DNA of 64,000 bases from Lachnospiraceae bacterium (GTDB lineage: Bacteria > Bacillota > Clostridia > Lachnospirales > Lachnospiraceae). A program made the position numbers and the translations under genes. Where the stretch lies: contig JAGBKB010000002.1 of assembly GCA_017934175.1 (NCBI GenBank), positions 11,060 through 75,059 of the forward strand, in the 5' to 3' direction. Below the pieces are notes generated by a model that searched no databases, was not told the DNA's origin, and was given only the letters and a program-made list of their open reading frames with translations. Shown here one piece after another: positions 36,990 to 46,584 of this stretch (the first letter of the stretch is position 1; every line of letters begins with the position of its first letter).

Positions 36990-37988
36990 TCAAAATAACT
37001 GATATTTCTTATTGTAAGCTGAGCAGATAGCATTTGTATTTTTAATTAATATATTTGTCCCAATAAATGTGCCTATCCCACATATTAATAGCCCAAAAAC
37101 TCTCCAAAGCAAGATACTACTTCCATTTTCTACAATTGTTATATCATATTTTACCGCATTTTTTTGAATTCTATTTCCTACTTTGTATTCCCAGTATAAA
37201 CTATATATTCCCAAAGTTAAAAACGATAATAGCAGATAGATTATTAATCCTGGAGTTTTTTCCTCATCATCTTTACACACTACATTCACATCTTTTGCTA
37301 CGGAATATATAAAATAATAACCATACAATCCAAAAGTTGCAATGGATAATAAAATATATAATATTAAGCTTCTTTCAGTCTTAAGTCTTCCATTATTCTT
37401 GACTTTAATTTGTTCTGGTATTATAACATAATATCCCAAGAATAACATAGCAAATACTAAAACCCATTCTTTTAGCCAATATAAAGAATATAAGCCAAAT
37501 GAATTCAATCCACGATACAAATATGTTATATAAATAGCATAAATAGCTTGAAATACTGCTGGTAAAAAATATAACTTATTAATCTTACTTCTTAAAAATT
37601 TTATGTTAATGGCTGTCAAAACAAATATTAGTAACCAAGAAGCTATTCGTAAATAATCAGTTATATTTATACTGAATACTGTACTGATTACTGTAATAAG
37701 CAGCAATACGAATGCCAAATATTGTTTACTTGATTTAGCAAATAACATAATAGCCAATATCAAATAACATATTTTACTTAAATTTAATGATAGGGATGAT
37801 AGAATAAAAGATAGAATAAAATATAAGAGTACTAAAAATCCGGCTATAACATTATAATTATCCCCTATTGCAACACTATCACTTGTTTTTAGTTCTTTTC
37901 TAAATATTATTTCTCTTCCACAATTTGGACAATATTTGTTATCACTACTTACTTGCGCCCCACATTTTTCACATTTCATATTTACCAT
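36990..37988 (-). CDS. Zinc-ribbon / multi-TM / DUF4234-like membrane protein
   Basis: 332-aa ORF with an N-terminal CxxC...CxxC ribbon (KCEKCG...YCPNCG), several TM helices and C-terminal DUF4234-like repeats (LYGYYFIY, LGIYSLYWEY). TGA stop. Confidence 0.7.
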   Translation of the reverse strand: MVNMKCEKCGAQVSSDNKYCPNCGREIIFRKELKTSDSVAIGDNYNVIAGFLVLLYFILSFILSSLSLNLSKICYLILAIMLFAKSSKQYLAFVLLLITVISTVFSINITDYLRIASWLLIFVLTAINIKFLRSKINKLYFLPAVFQAIYAIYITYLYRGLNSFGLYSLYWLKEWVLVFAMLFLGYYVIIPEQIKVKNNGRLKTERSLILYILLSIATFGLYGYYFIYSVAKDVNVVCKDDEEKTPGLIIYLLLSFLTLGIYSLYWEYKVGNRIQKNAVKYDITIVENGSSILLWRVFGLLICGIGTFIGTNILIKNTNAICSAYNKKYQLF

Positions 37989-38145
37989 GCTTCATTTTCC
38001 TTTCTTTTAGTAATTATTAATTTATAAAATGATGATATTAAAACTTTAGTTTAGCACCACCATCCCCTATAGTTTTTTGCTGCTCCGCTGCCTTTTCTAT
38101 TAATATGCTCTATTCTTTATTAATCATAATAATATAATTCACCAT

Positions 38146-38931
38146 TTATTTTTTTAGATTAAATCTTTTAATAGTTTTATACAATAATTTAATTTCATCA
38201 TCAGTTAAATAGTTATTTAATTCTTCTGTATTAACCTTCTGTATATTCGGTTTAATAGTTTCAGCAAAGTCAATCAAACTTTGTTTATAGTTTTCTTCAG
38301 GCAACTCGTTAATTAATTCTTGTAATTTTTCCTTCTTAACAGAATCTTGAGCTAAAAAACTCTTGCCAGCACCTGCAAAAAAGCCTATAACGCCTCCTCC
38401 AATCGCACCTGCTGTCCCACCTATTGCATTTCCAACACCTGGAGCAACAGTTCCAACGGCAGCACCAACTTTACCAACACCTGCAGCTCCAGATGCTGCT
38501 CCACCTGCCCCTTGAATTAATATATCGCCCCAATTTGTATTGATTTTTGCTATTTCGTCATTAAACTTATCTTTATATTTTACATATGGAATTTTGCAAG
38601 AATAATAAGTTGCATCACTATTCCCTTCTACTTTAGCCACAAGACATACCAAATATTCAGCAATAACATCAGTGTCATTCAATCCACTAAGTGCTTCTTT
38701 ACTCTCTTCTCTTTCACAAATTACATTAGAATACAAATATTGAATTTGCTCTGGAATAATTTTTGCTTTTTTTAGATCTTTATTAAGTTCGTTGATGGAA
38801 TAATTAATATAATGTAAATATTTACCATCATTTTTAATTGGATATTTCCTACTATTCATAAAAATAGTGGCACCTATTGTCACTATAGCAAGTACAAATA
38901 CAAAACCAAATAATATTTTCTTTTTCTTCAT
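38146..38931 (-). CDS. Hypothetical single-pass membrane protein with an internal glycine-zipper segment (paralog B)
   Basis: 261-aa ORF with an N-terminal TM and GAGGAASGAAGVGKVGAAVGTVAPGVGNAIGGTAGAIGGGVIGFFAGAG. Shares IAEYLVC and IPYVK(Y/W)K motifs with 38959-39786. Confidence 0.7.
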   Translation of the reverse strand: MKKKKILFGFVFVLAIVTIGATIFMNSRKYPIKNDGKYLHYINYSINELNKDLKKAKIIPEQIQYLYSNVICEREESKEALSGLNDTDVIAEYLVCLVAKVEGNSDATYYSCKIPYVKYKDKFNDEIAKINTNWGDILIQGAGGAASGAAGVGKVGAAVGTVAPGVGNAIGGTAGAIGGGVIGFFAGAGKSFLAQDSVKKEKLQELINELPEENYKQSLIDFAETIKPNIQKVNTEELNNYLTDDEIKLLYKTIKRFNLKK

Positions 38932-38958
38932 AAACCCCTCCTTCAGTCTACAATTATT

Positions 38959-39786
38959 TTACTTAACTATCTTATTTATTGTTTTATTTAATAAATTTAT
39001 ACTCCCTGATGTTATGTATTTATTTAAATCTATTTTATCAATACTTGAAATATTAGGTTTCATAATGCTTGCAAATTGCTCTAACGTTCCTTTGTAATCT
39101 TCTTCACTCATTAAACTAATAAACTCATTCAGTTTGATTTCATTCTCTTTATTTTGAGTAGTCACATTGGTCCATATATCTTTTACAGCATCAATTACCG
39201 AAGGAGCAATATCACCTACAAATTCCCCTACCTGTTCACCTGCTTTTTTTTGATCAAACAGTCCACCGATATATCCACCTACTACATTTCCTATTTTTGA
39301 TAATATGCCTTTCTCAGCTTTCTTATTTGATTTACTACTGCTATCAACTGCACCAGCAATATCAGTTCCGCCTTTAATTCCTTCAGCAATAATTGAATCC
39401 ATATCAAGTTTAGCTATGTTTAATTGGTCATTTAAAGTGCTTTTCCACTTTACATAAGGAATTTGACACATAAAATAATTCTCATTTTTATTCTCATCTA
39501 TTACACATACTAAATACTCAGCTATATCACTATTATCACTTAATTGTGATAATTTGTCTTTGTCAACTTCCATTTCATAAATGACGTTTGCGTAAATATA
39601 ATTCATTTTGTTAATTTTCTGTTTCTTTAATTGCTTGTTATTCTCTTCGACAGCATATTTTATATAATCGTTATATTTACCATTGACATTTAAAGGATAA
39701 GTTTCTGTGACTTTTCTAACAATAATTATACCAATAGTTACAATTAGAATTATTAGGACAAATAGAAATATTTTATTTTTCTTCAT
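38959..39786 (-). CDS. Hypothetical single-pass membrane protein (paralog A)
   Basis: 275-aa ORF, collinear homolog of 38146-38931 with a shorter Gly-rich segment (GNVVGGYIGGLF). Confidence 0.7.
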   Translation of the reverse strand: MKKNKIFLFVLIILIVTIGIIIVRKVTETYPLNVNGKYNDYIKYAVEENNKQLKKQKINKMNYIYANVIYEMEVDKDKLSQLSDNSDIAEYLVCVIDENKNENYFMCQIPYVKWKSTLNDQLNIAKLDMDSIIAEGIKGGTDIAGAVDSSSKSNKKAEKGILSKIGNVVGGYIGGLFDQKKAGEQVGEFVGDIAPSVIDAVKDIWTNVTTQNKENEIKLNEFISLMSEEDYKGTLEQFASIMKPNISSIDKIDLNKYITSGSINLLNKTINKIVK

Positions 39787-39872
39787 ATTGAAATGCTCCT
39801 CATCAATTTATAGTTTTAGCTTACAATTAATTTAGCAACGTATTTGTAAAAATAACTCTTCACCTTTTCAAT

Positions 39873-40529
39873 TCATCTGCCTTTATTAAATAGTGGTTCA
39901 ATAAAATAATTAACGACATCTTCTATTTTATCAAAAAAGCTAAAAACAATACTAAAGCAAACAATAAGACAACTTATGGTAACATTCAAGTCAAAATCTT
40001 TAATTTGTATCATATAAATGTAAATCATATAATTGATGTAAAATGTCACCAAAACTTTTATAGTACTATTAGCAAACGTATTATTTATATAACTTATCTT
40101 ACTTGTGAATAATAGAATAATATTCAATATACAACATATAATGATTACACATATACTTCTACTTACTAAAATATTTTGAATGCTAATACTCTTCTCTAAA
40201 AAACTTGTTAAATTTCCAAGAACTAAATGAATGAATATAACTAAAAATAAGAATCTACCTACAAATCTTACATAAAACATTATAATATCAAACCCATCTT
40301 TTGCTGCATACACTACAACCATATAAAATATAAACATCATTAATAGCCAAACAAAAGACTCTATATTTTGATTGTGAATTAAATATCTAATTCCAAAGCA
40401 AAAACTTGTTATAGCAATTATCATAGATGCTATAATAAAGCTATTCTCTTTATACTTTCCTTTGGATACTGAATACAATAAACCTATAATTACATATAGT
40501 AGCATTGTCACAATTACTATACATTTCAT
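39873..40529 (-). CDS. Hypothetical polytopic membrane protein (about 6 TM)
   Basis: 218-aa hydrophobic ORF with a GAGGT RBS. TGA stop. Confidence 0.6.
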   Translation of the reverse strand: MKCIVIVTMLLYVIIGLLYSVSKGKYKENSFIIASMIIAITSFCFGIRYLIHNQNIESFVWLLMMFIFYMVVVYAAKDGFDIIMFYVRFVGRFLFLVIFIHLVLGNLTSFLEKSISIQNILVSRSICVIIICCILNIILLFTSKISYINNTFANSTIKVLVTFYINYMIYIYMIQIKDFDLNVTISCLIVCFSIVFSFFDKIEDVVNYFIEPLFNKGR

Positions 40530-40596
40530 TTTGATACCTCACAATATTGCTTCCAAATTTTTTTATAATAGATTTTTTTTAATTTTAATTTAAATT

Positions 40597-40731
40597 AAAA
40601 AAGCCACTATGCCACTCGGCACAATGACTCATTATTTTTTATATTAAATTTTACTGTATCAAAACTACAGCAATTAAAATTACCAATTAAAAGAGATACT
40701 CTCTCTCTCTCTCTACTATAGGAAGAAACTC
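40597..40731 (-). repeat. Duplicated module: 3' end of a small gene plus terminator (truncated copy)
   Basis: Homologous to 48574-48708. Contains hairpin AGTCATTGTGCC-GAGT-GGCATAGTGGCT plus T-run (minus strand) and (CT)7 at 40699-40712. Confidence 0.75.
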
Positions 40732-40799
40732 TGAATTATTTATCCCCATAGGTGGTATTAAGTTGTTAGTTAAAAATTTTATCATAACAATTTTATAAC

Positions 40800-41375
40800 C
40801 TAAAATAATCTTAATAATTGTTTATACATAATATTTTCTTTATTTGAATATCTATTACCATAAATAATAAATCTGTTATTTTCATTTTCATAAAATTCTA
40901 ATAATTTATCATTATCTTCACATTCTAAAAATACAATGCCACCACCAATTTCTCTTTGAACTTTTGACAATACACTTAATGCCATATTCATCATTTCGTT
41001 CCCAGTAATTGCTTGTGGCAAAGAAGTATTTTTACCAAATTGTGCTATAAGAAATGCTGACACATCATATGTATTCGTTGCTTCATCCAATTTTGTAAAT
41101 CTTTCTATCTTCTTTTTGGTTGTATTTGTTAATAAATCTGCAGGAACTCTTATTGGCTTATGAGTTAAAGTAAAATATCCAAGCATATTAGCTTCATTAT
41201 CTAATACTAAATGTGTTACTGATATTTTCCTTTTAGCAAAATCAATCGCATCTTTATGAATAAATTCTTCTATCTCATTATTTTTCTCACATTTAAATTT
41301 TGAAACAAAATCATCCACCTCATTTTCAGAAGTATTATCTATCAAATCTAAAATATTTATAACGCTAAAGCCCAT
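40800..41375 (-). CDS. GNAT-fold acetyltransferase-like protein (possible toxin)
   Basis: 191-aa ORF. The fold assignment comes from overall pattern only (…FLIAQFGKN…GGGIVFLEC…). It starts 2 nt after the stop of a 57-aa ORF. Confidence 0.5.
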   Translation of the reverse strand: MGFSVINILDLIDNTSENEVDDFVSKFKCEKNNEIEEFIHKDAIDFAKRKISVTHLVLDNEANMLGYFTLTHKPIRVPADLLTNTTKKKIERFTKLDEATNTYDVSAFLIAQFGKNTSLPQAITGNEMMNMALSVLSKVQREIGGGIVFLECEDNDKLLEFYENENNRFIIYGNRYSNKENIMYKQLLRLF

Positions 41376-41377
41376 TA

Positions 41378-41551
41378 CTATTTCCTTTTAGCCCAAAGAG
41401 ATTTTATGGCATTTGAATCTTTTAGTTCATCATATTGTATTAAGTTTTTGTTAGTATTATAATCTAAAGACTTGTCTATTGCATTAACAAAATCTTCAGC
41501 TTCTTTTTTATTCTTTATATCAAAATTTGCAAAAATACTAGATGTAGCCAT
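41378..41551 (-). CDS. Small 57-aa protein (possible antitoxin)
   Basis: My own translation: MATSSIFANFDIKNKKEAEDFVNAIDKSLDYNTNKNLIQYDELKDSNAIKSLWAKRK. Strong AAGGAGG RBS 5 nt upstream. Confidence 0.5.
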   Translation of the reverse strand: MATSSIFANFDIKNKKEAEDFVNAIDKSLDYNTNKNLIQYDELKDSNAIKSLWAKRK

Positions 41552-41636
41552 ACAATCCTCCTTAATTATTAATATTTATTCTCATATTTTACCATAATTC
41601 CCCATATTTATCAATATAAAATCCGTATCTTTATTT

Positions 41637-41793
41637 TTAATTTTCACTCGCATCCCTCCACCTAATTTTTATCTCATTCTCATAAACTATGATTTTATCT
41701 ACAAGCATTGCAAATAACTCTTCACTAAACTCATTTATACTATGGCCCTTCTTTAATACCATTGCATATGCTCTTATCTCTTTAATTCTAATC
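41637..41793 (-). pseudogene. C-terminal remnant of a recombinase (serine-recombinase-like tail)
   Basis: Translates to ...IRIKEIRAYAMVLKKGHSINEFSEELFAMLVDKIIVYENEIKIRWRDASEN*. It is cut at the IS3 end, and no continuation is seen beyond the IS. Confidence 0.4.
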
Positions 41794-41863
41794 TATACCC
41801 CATGTCAAGGACTTTTAATCGTGTAATTTTATAATTATGTAAATGTTATATTTATATTTTTTA

Positions 41864-42883
41864 TTATATTAATATATCTGGTAATTTTGGTTTTTCTTTA
41901 TTACCAAATACTTTATACAATGCTATTGGATATTCTCCTGTTGTTATATATTTATAATATTCTACTGGAGATAATTTAGCTAAGTCCCATTGATATCTTT
42001 CGTTGTTGTAATAATCTATATATTCATCTATCACTTGTTTTAATTCTTCAAATGTATGACACTTTTTCATTTTATCTTTTATATCGTCTTTCATATGTCC
42101 AAAGAAACTTTCTTGTGGTGAATTATCCCAACAGTTGCCTTTTCTACTCATTGATTGCCTTAAATCTAAATCTTTAATAAGTGTTACAAATTTTATTGCT
42201 CTATAATGTATTCCTTGATCACTATGTAATAATGCATCTGTATGAAGTTCTTTGCCATGGTTTTTCATTAATTGATTAACTGTTTCTAAAACAAAATCAA
42301 GCTGTAAATTTGGACTTAATACATGCTATAAACATTCTTTTGTATATGCATCAAGTATGACAGACAAATATGCAAAACCATCATTAAGTCTTATATATGT
42401 GATATCAGTTAAAAGTATTGTTCTTTCTCCGCGATTTCTAAATTCTCTATTTAATGAATTGTTAAATGTTGTATTTGCTTTTATAGCTTTAATCATTTGC
42501 TTATATGGATTTGCTACTCTCATTTTGCAAAACAATCCATATTTCTTCATTAATCGTCTAATCTTTTTTATATTCATTACAACTGGTGGATTATGCCTTA
42601 AAAGTCGCATATATATTGATTTTGCACCCTTTTTTATGCCTTTATAATTATATGCTTCAAGTATTAGGTCAAAATCTTCCTTATCTTGTATTTCTCTACT
42701 TTCTCTTTTATCTGCATTATTTAACCAGTTATAATACCCACTCTTTGAAACTGATGCTATTTCACATAGCTCATAAACTGTAAATCTTATATTTCGTTTT
42801 TCAGATGTATCTTTTATAATTTTATATTTATCACTTGCTTTTAAATCAATCTCTATGTTTTGCATTTTTTTTCCCCACTGCAA
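41864..42883 (-). pseudogene. IS3 transposase OrfB (DDE) interrupted by an in-frame TAG
   Basis: The two track ORFs (42883-42326 and 42268-41864) are in the same frame, separated by TAG at 42326-42328 plus 19 sense codons (…TKECL*HVLSPNLQLDF…). Confidence 0.8.
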
Positions 42884-42928
42884 TTATTCTTTTTAGAAAT
42901 TGATTTTCTTGTTTAACATATTCAAGTT

Positions 42929-43273
42929 CTATGAAAATATTGTAACATACCCTTTCTTTAATTTCTCTTCGGTGCTGACAGAAGTCCTTGTAATACAATT
43001 TTTATTTGTATATCCTACAAATCCTCTACCACATCTTATATCATCCAGTAAATGATATACAAAACTTCTTACTCTATTATATCCAACTACATTTGGATCT
43101 ACTCCTAACTTATGAAAAATAGAAATATTTTTCATACCTTGTTGATATAGTTCATAGAACTTCTCTTTAAACTCTACAGTAAAGAAAATATTCTTTTCAG
43201 TAACTCCTGCTACATTATCATTTTGTAATAAATAGTCAATTTGAGCTTTGGTTAATTTCGTTGCTTTTTCCAT
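42929..43273 (-). CDS. IS3 OrfA (HTH), probably also frame-damaged at its 3' end
   Basis: 114-aa ORF. The expected leucine-zipper segment (ELEYVKQENQFLKRIIAVGKK) lies in a different frame just downstream. Confidence 0.6.
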   Translation of the reverse strand: MEKATKLTKAQIDYLLQNDNVAGVTEKNIFFTVEFKEKFYELYQQGMKNISIFHKLGVDPNVVGYNRVRSFVYHLLDDIRCGRGFVGYTNKNCITRTSVSTEEKLKKGYVTIFS

Positions 43274-43797
43274 ATTTTTTCCTCATAAAATTATTATACA
43301 CCATCTACATAATTTTCTGTCCATTTTATAGATTTCTAAAATATGAATGTCCATTACTTGGGTTTCTTGCACCTACTAAGTCCACTATTAGGGTTTCTAC
43401 AAAATGCAATGTCCATTTTTTGGGTTTTTACACGATTTGATTGTCCATTTTATGGGGTATAGTATATAATTAACTCCTTAAATTATACCAAATTTTCAAT
43501 TTTTTTGATACAAAATGTTACGATTTATTTTTTTAGATACGAAATGATATGTTATGATTTGATTAAAAGTTCCCAATGGAACTTTTTTATTCGCACCAAC
43601 ATCAAAAAAATAAAAATTTGAAATTATTTTTTTATAATTCAATAAAATGTAAAAATAAAAGGCTTAAATTCAAAGTATTTTTTCAATAAGTATCGGACAT
43701 TATCTCCGTTGCTTCATCGGCACATAGATTATAATACCAAAGAATTTTTACAAATAAAAATGGTTGCGATCAAGCACAACCATATTGATATAATTAA

Positions 43798-43818
43798 CAT
43801 TCTCTTGACTAATGCATT
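43798..43818. repeat. Conserved motif CATTCTCTTGACTAATGCATT, copy 2
   Basis: See 6941-6960 and 45868-45892. Confidence 0.8.
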
Positions 43819-43828
43819 ATATTGCATT

Positions 43829-44668
43829 TTATTCCAATGATACCCACATAGCAGGACGAACACCGCAATAAATACTTGTGTTAACCAAAAAATTAATTTC
43901 GCCATACGCCCCTATTGTTTTTGTAGAACCAAATTCAACCCCTTGCTCTTTCTTAATTATATCTTTATCTCTTAGCCAATAAACATATGTTTCATCTGGC
44001 TCAAAAAGATTATATATGTCATAACTTTGTGCTCTTTTATTTCTTTTAGTTGCTCCATTATAGTATATTTTAGTATTACCTATATCTCTTCCTTTTTCAT
44101 AATATCCACCATTATCAAAATACTTTACGTACTCTTCCTCATTCAAACAAAATATTTTGTCATCTGTATTAGTATCATGCAAATGAGTAAATAACACTTT
44201 ATCTTGCTCATCAGTTGAAAAAATATCATTTAAAAACTCATTATTTAACCATTTTCTAAGTGAAGATTTACTCCAATCACAGTATTTAAAATTATCTTTT
44301 ATATTCTCATCAATACTATCAATCTTTTCGGTATCAACATAATCAAATGCCTTACAATCTAATATATATTTAGAAATTAACAATGCAGAATTATCTTTTT
44401 TATCTAAAACGATCCATTCTATTGGCTTTTTAAACAATCCTAATTTATTATCGCTTTGTCTGCCAAAAGTTACTGTATCATACTTTTCATATATTTTATC
44501 AGAATAACTATCACCCATTAAACTATAATCATGACTACTTGCAGTCCTAACATTTTCAATTTGCTTTGAAATTGCTTCTCCTACATTTATTATGTTTCCA
44601 AACAATAAATAAAATAAAATCATTATAATGATAAATGAAACTGCAATTACAATATGCTTCTTTTTCAC
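43829..44668 (-). CDS. Membrane-anchored/secreted DUF6273-like protein
   Basis: 279-aa ORF with an N-terminal TM. The C-terminal domain is paralogous to 7002-8066. Confidence 0.7.
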   Translation of the reverse strand: MKKKHIVIAVSFIIIMILFYLLFGNIINVGEAISKQIENVRTASSHDYSLMGDSYSDKIYEKYDTVTFGRQSDNKLGLFKKPIEWIVLDKKDNSALLISKYILDCKAFDYVDTEKIDSIDENIKDNFKYCDWSKSSLRKWLNNEFLNDIFSTDEQDKVLFTHLHDTNTDDKIFCLNEEEYVKYFDNGGYYEKGRDIGNTKIYYNGATKRNKRAQSYDIYNLFEPDETYVYWLRDKDIIKKEQGVEFGSTKTIGAYGEINFLVNTSIYCGVRPAMWVSLE

Positions 44669-44683
44669 AAACTATTGCCTCCT

Positions 44684-45850
44684 TTAATACTCAGTATAAT
44701 TGTAATATTTATATGGTGTAAAAATTTGGTCACCATTAATTAAATGCGAAACAAAATTATCAAAATAATTCATACGATTAATATAATCTGTATCGCTTTT
44801 ATCATATTTAAAATTATTATTATTTAATAAAAATATTGAATATATATTTCGATATTCATTAATTTTCTCTAATGAAATGTTTTTTAAAAACACAGATGCT
44901 CTATTTATTTTGTTTTGCATTATACCTTGATAATAATCAATAAAAATTTTATACAGTGTCTTTTCATTACTTTCAATATAATTATTATATATGTTCACTG
45001 CATCCAAATCAGCAGCATAATCATCCTCATTCATAGATGGCTTAGTACCATTCGTTCCGCATATATCACCTATATAGCCACAATTTGCTTCCAAATCATA
45101 TATACCATTGAATTGACCTGCACGAAGAGATGCAGCTACTTTGAATATTGATTCATGTACATATACTGAAATCGTCGCACTCATATGTGCAAAGTCATTT
45201 TTGTTTCCACTTTTAATATCATGTTGTTTAATTACTTCATCATAAAGATTATTTATTGACATATTATCAAAATATGACTTATCATTTATCTTCAATTTTT
45301 TATAGTTTTCATTTAATTCTCTTATAACTTCTTCTTTAGAAGCATAATGTCCTGCTATCAGTGACCAAGTTAATCGATTTTGATATACTGTACTTGCTAA
45401 TAATCTGTGATATTCTTTATTTGAATTATAATTGTTATTCTTCCTTGCATTTATGCCTTCATATAAATTTGACAAAAGCCTTAACACTTTGTCTGTATAA
45501 TTCTTGCCAAAACCAAATTCATCATGTAAAATCTTCTCAAATTCGTTAATTTCTTCATTTACAATATACTTTGCATCTCTATCTGGTTTGCAGTCTTTGC
45601 AAGCAGCATATCCTTTCATCAAAATCTCTTCAATTGGTTCTTCGGAAACAATTTTGTTTTTAATGCTCATTTTGGGCACTGTTTGACAACTTGGTTTATG
45701 CACTATATTACTATTTAGATTAATTATATAACCTTTTTGTGAAATATCTATGTTTTCAGATTTTGAACACGACAGCAACATAATAGATACTATGCTAAGT
45801 AGTACTATAGACTTTTTGATTAACTTTTTCTTTTTAGTTAATATATTCAT
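44684..45850 (-). CDS. Hypothetical lipoprotein with an N-terminal Cys-containing metal-binding-like motif
   Basis: 388-aa ORF with lipobox LLSCSKS and the motif HKPSCQTV...GYAACKDCKP. Confidence 0.6.
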   Translation of the reverse strand: MNILTKKKKLIKKSIVLLSIVSIMLLSCSKSENIDISQKGYIINLNSNIVHKPSCQTVPKMSIKNKIVSEEPIEEILMKGYAACKDCKPDRDAKYIVNEEINEFEKILHDEFGFGKNYTDKVLRLLSNLYEGINARKNNNYNSNKEYHRLLASTVYQNRLTWSLIAGHYASKEEVIRELNENYKKLKINDKSYFDNMSINNLYDEVIKQHDIKSGNKNDFAHMSATISVYVHESIFKVAASLRAGQFNGIYDLEANCGYIGDICGTNGTKPSMNEDDYAADLDAVNIYNNYIESNEKTLYKIFIDYYQGIMQNKINRASVFLKNISLEKINEYRNIYSIFLLNNNNFKYDKSDTDYINRMNYFDNFVSHLINGDQIFTPYKYYNYTEY

Positions 45851-45867
45851 TTTCTACTAAACACCAA

Positions 45868-45892
45868 CATACTTTCTCTTGACTAATGCAAT
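45868..45892. repeat. Conserved motif CATACTTTCTCTTGACTAATGCAAT, copy 3
   Basis: See 6941-6960 and 43798-43818. Confidence 0.8.
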
Positions 45893-45905
45893 GCAATATG
45901 CGAAA

Positions 45906-46226
45906 CTATGCCTTCTTTAATTCCTTCTCTATAGGTACTACAGCTAATGTCTTCCCTACTGTTGCAAGTAATTTTAATAATGTATCAATTTGTGGACTTA
46001 CATTACCAGTCTCAAGTCTTGCTATAACTGGTTGTTTAACACCACTTAATTTTTCTAATTCTTTTTGGCTTATACCTTTTTCTTTCCTTGCTGATATAAA
46101 TTCGTTTATTACTGCTACTCTCATATTACTTGCATTTATTTCTTCGCTTGTGAATAATTCTTTTCTTACATCATCCCAACCACTACCCATACTTTTTTTC
46201 TTCATCTTTAAAACCTCCACTATCAA
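45906..46226 (-). CDS. XRE-family HTH protein (HigA-like antitoxin)
   Basis: 106-aa ORF with HTH GISQKELEKLSGVKQPVIARLETG. GGAGG RBS. Confidence 0.75.
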   Translation of the reverse strand: MIVEVLKMKKKSMGSGWDDVRKELFTSEEINASNMRVAVINEFISARKEKGISQKELEKLSGVKQPVIARLETGNVSPQIDTLLKLLATVGKTLAVVPIEKELKKA

Positions 46227-46390
46227 TTATCTCCTTAAATTCTCTTTTTGCTTTTTATATTTCTTTGGCATTTTTTGTGTTTTCTTTATAAAATGACGTT
46301 TTGTCCTGTTAACTTATTCAAATAGTCTAATACTGGTTGTTCTCCATTGCTATTTTTATAAAAATATATTTTATCAATATCTTCTTTCAT
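46227..46390 (-). pseudogene. Truncated Gp49/HigB-like toxin remnant
   Basis: ATG 46390 gives MKEDIDKIYFYKNSNGEQPVLDYLNKLTGQNVIL*. This N-terminus is typical of phage Gp49-like RelE/HigB toxins, but too little sequence remains before the antitoxin gene. Confidence 0.5.
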
Positions 46391-46584
46391 ATTTTGTATT
46401 ATAACTCAAAAGTTATATTTTATCAATATCTTAAAAGTTATTAAATTACTACTGTATATATTATAACCTCAATAATATAAAAATGGCGAGGAGTTATCCC
46501 CGCCTATTTTGATAAAAAAGTTTTAATATATACTTGATTACTAATTTCACATTTTAGTAAAATTAATAACAATTGTTATAATAA

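Larger units (their letters stand above)
41794..43461 (-). mobile_element. IS3-family insertion sequence (decayed)
   Basis: Terminal inverted repeats TATACCCCAT (41794-41803 / 43452-43461). orfA-orfB layout with an A8 slippery run. Five subterminal AATGGACA-like repeats at the orfA end. Confidence 0.8.

Noticed and set aside
42326-42328. TAG in the IS3 transposase read as pyrrolysine or programmed readthrough.
   Set aside because: No pyl genes are visible here. TAG is used as an ordinary stop by many genes in the window. The IS shows further decay in orfA.
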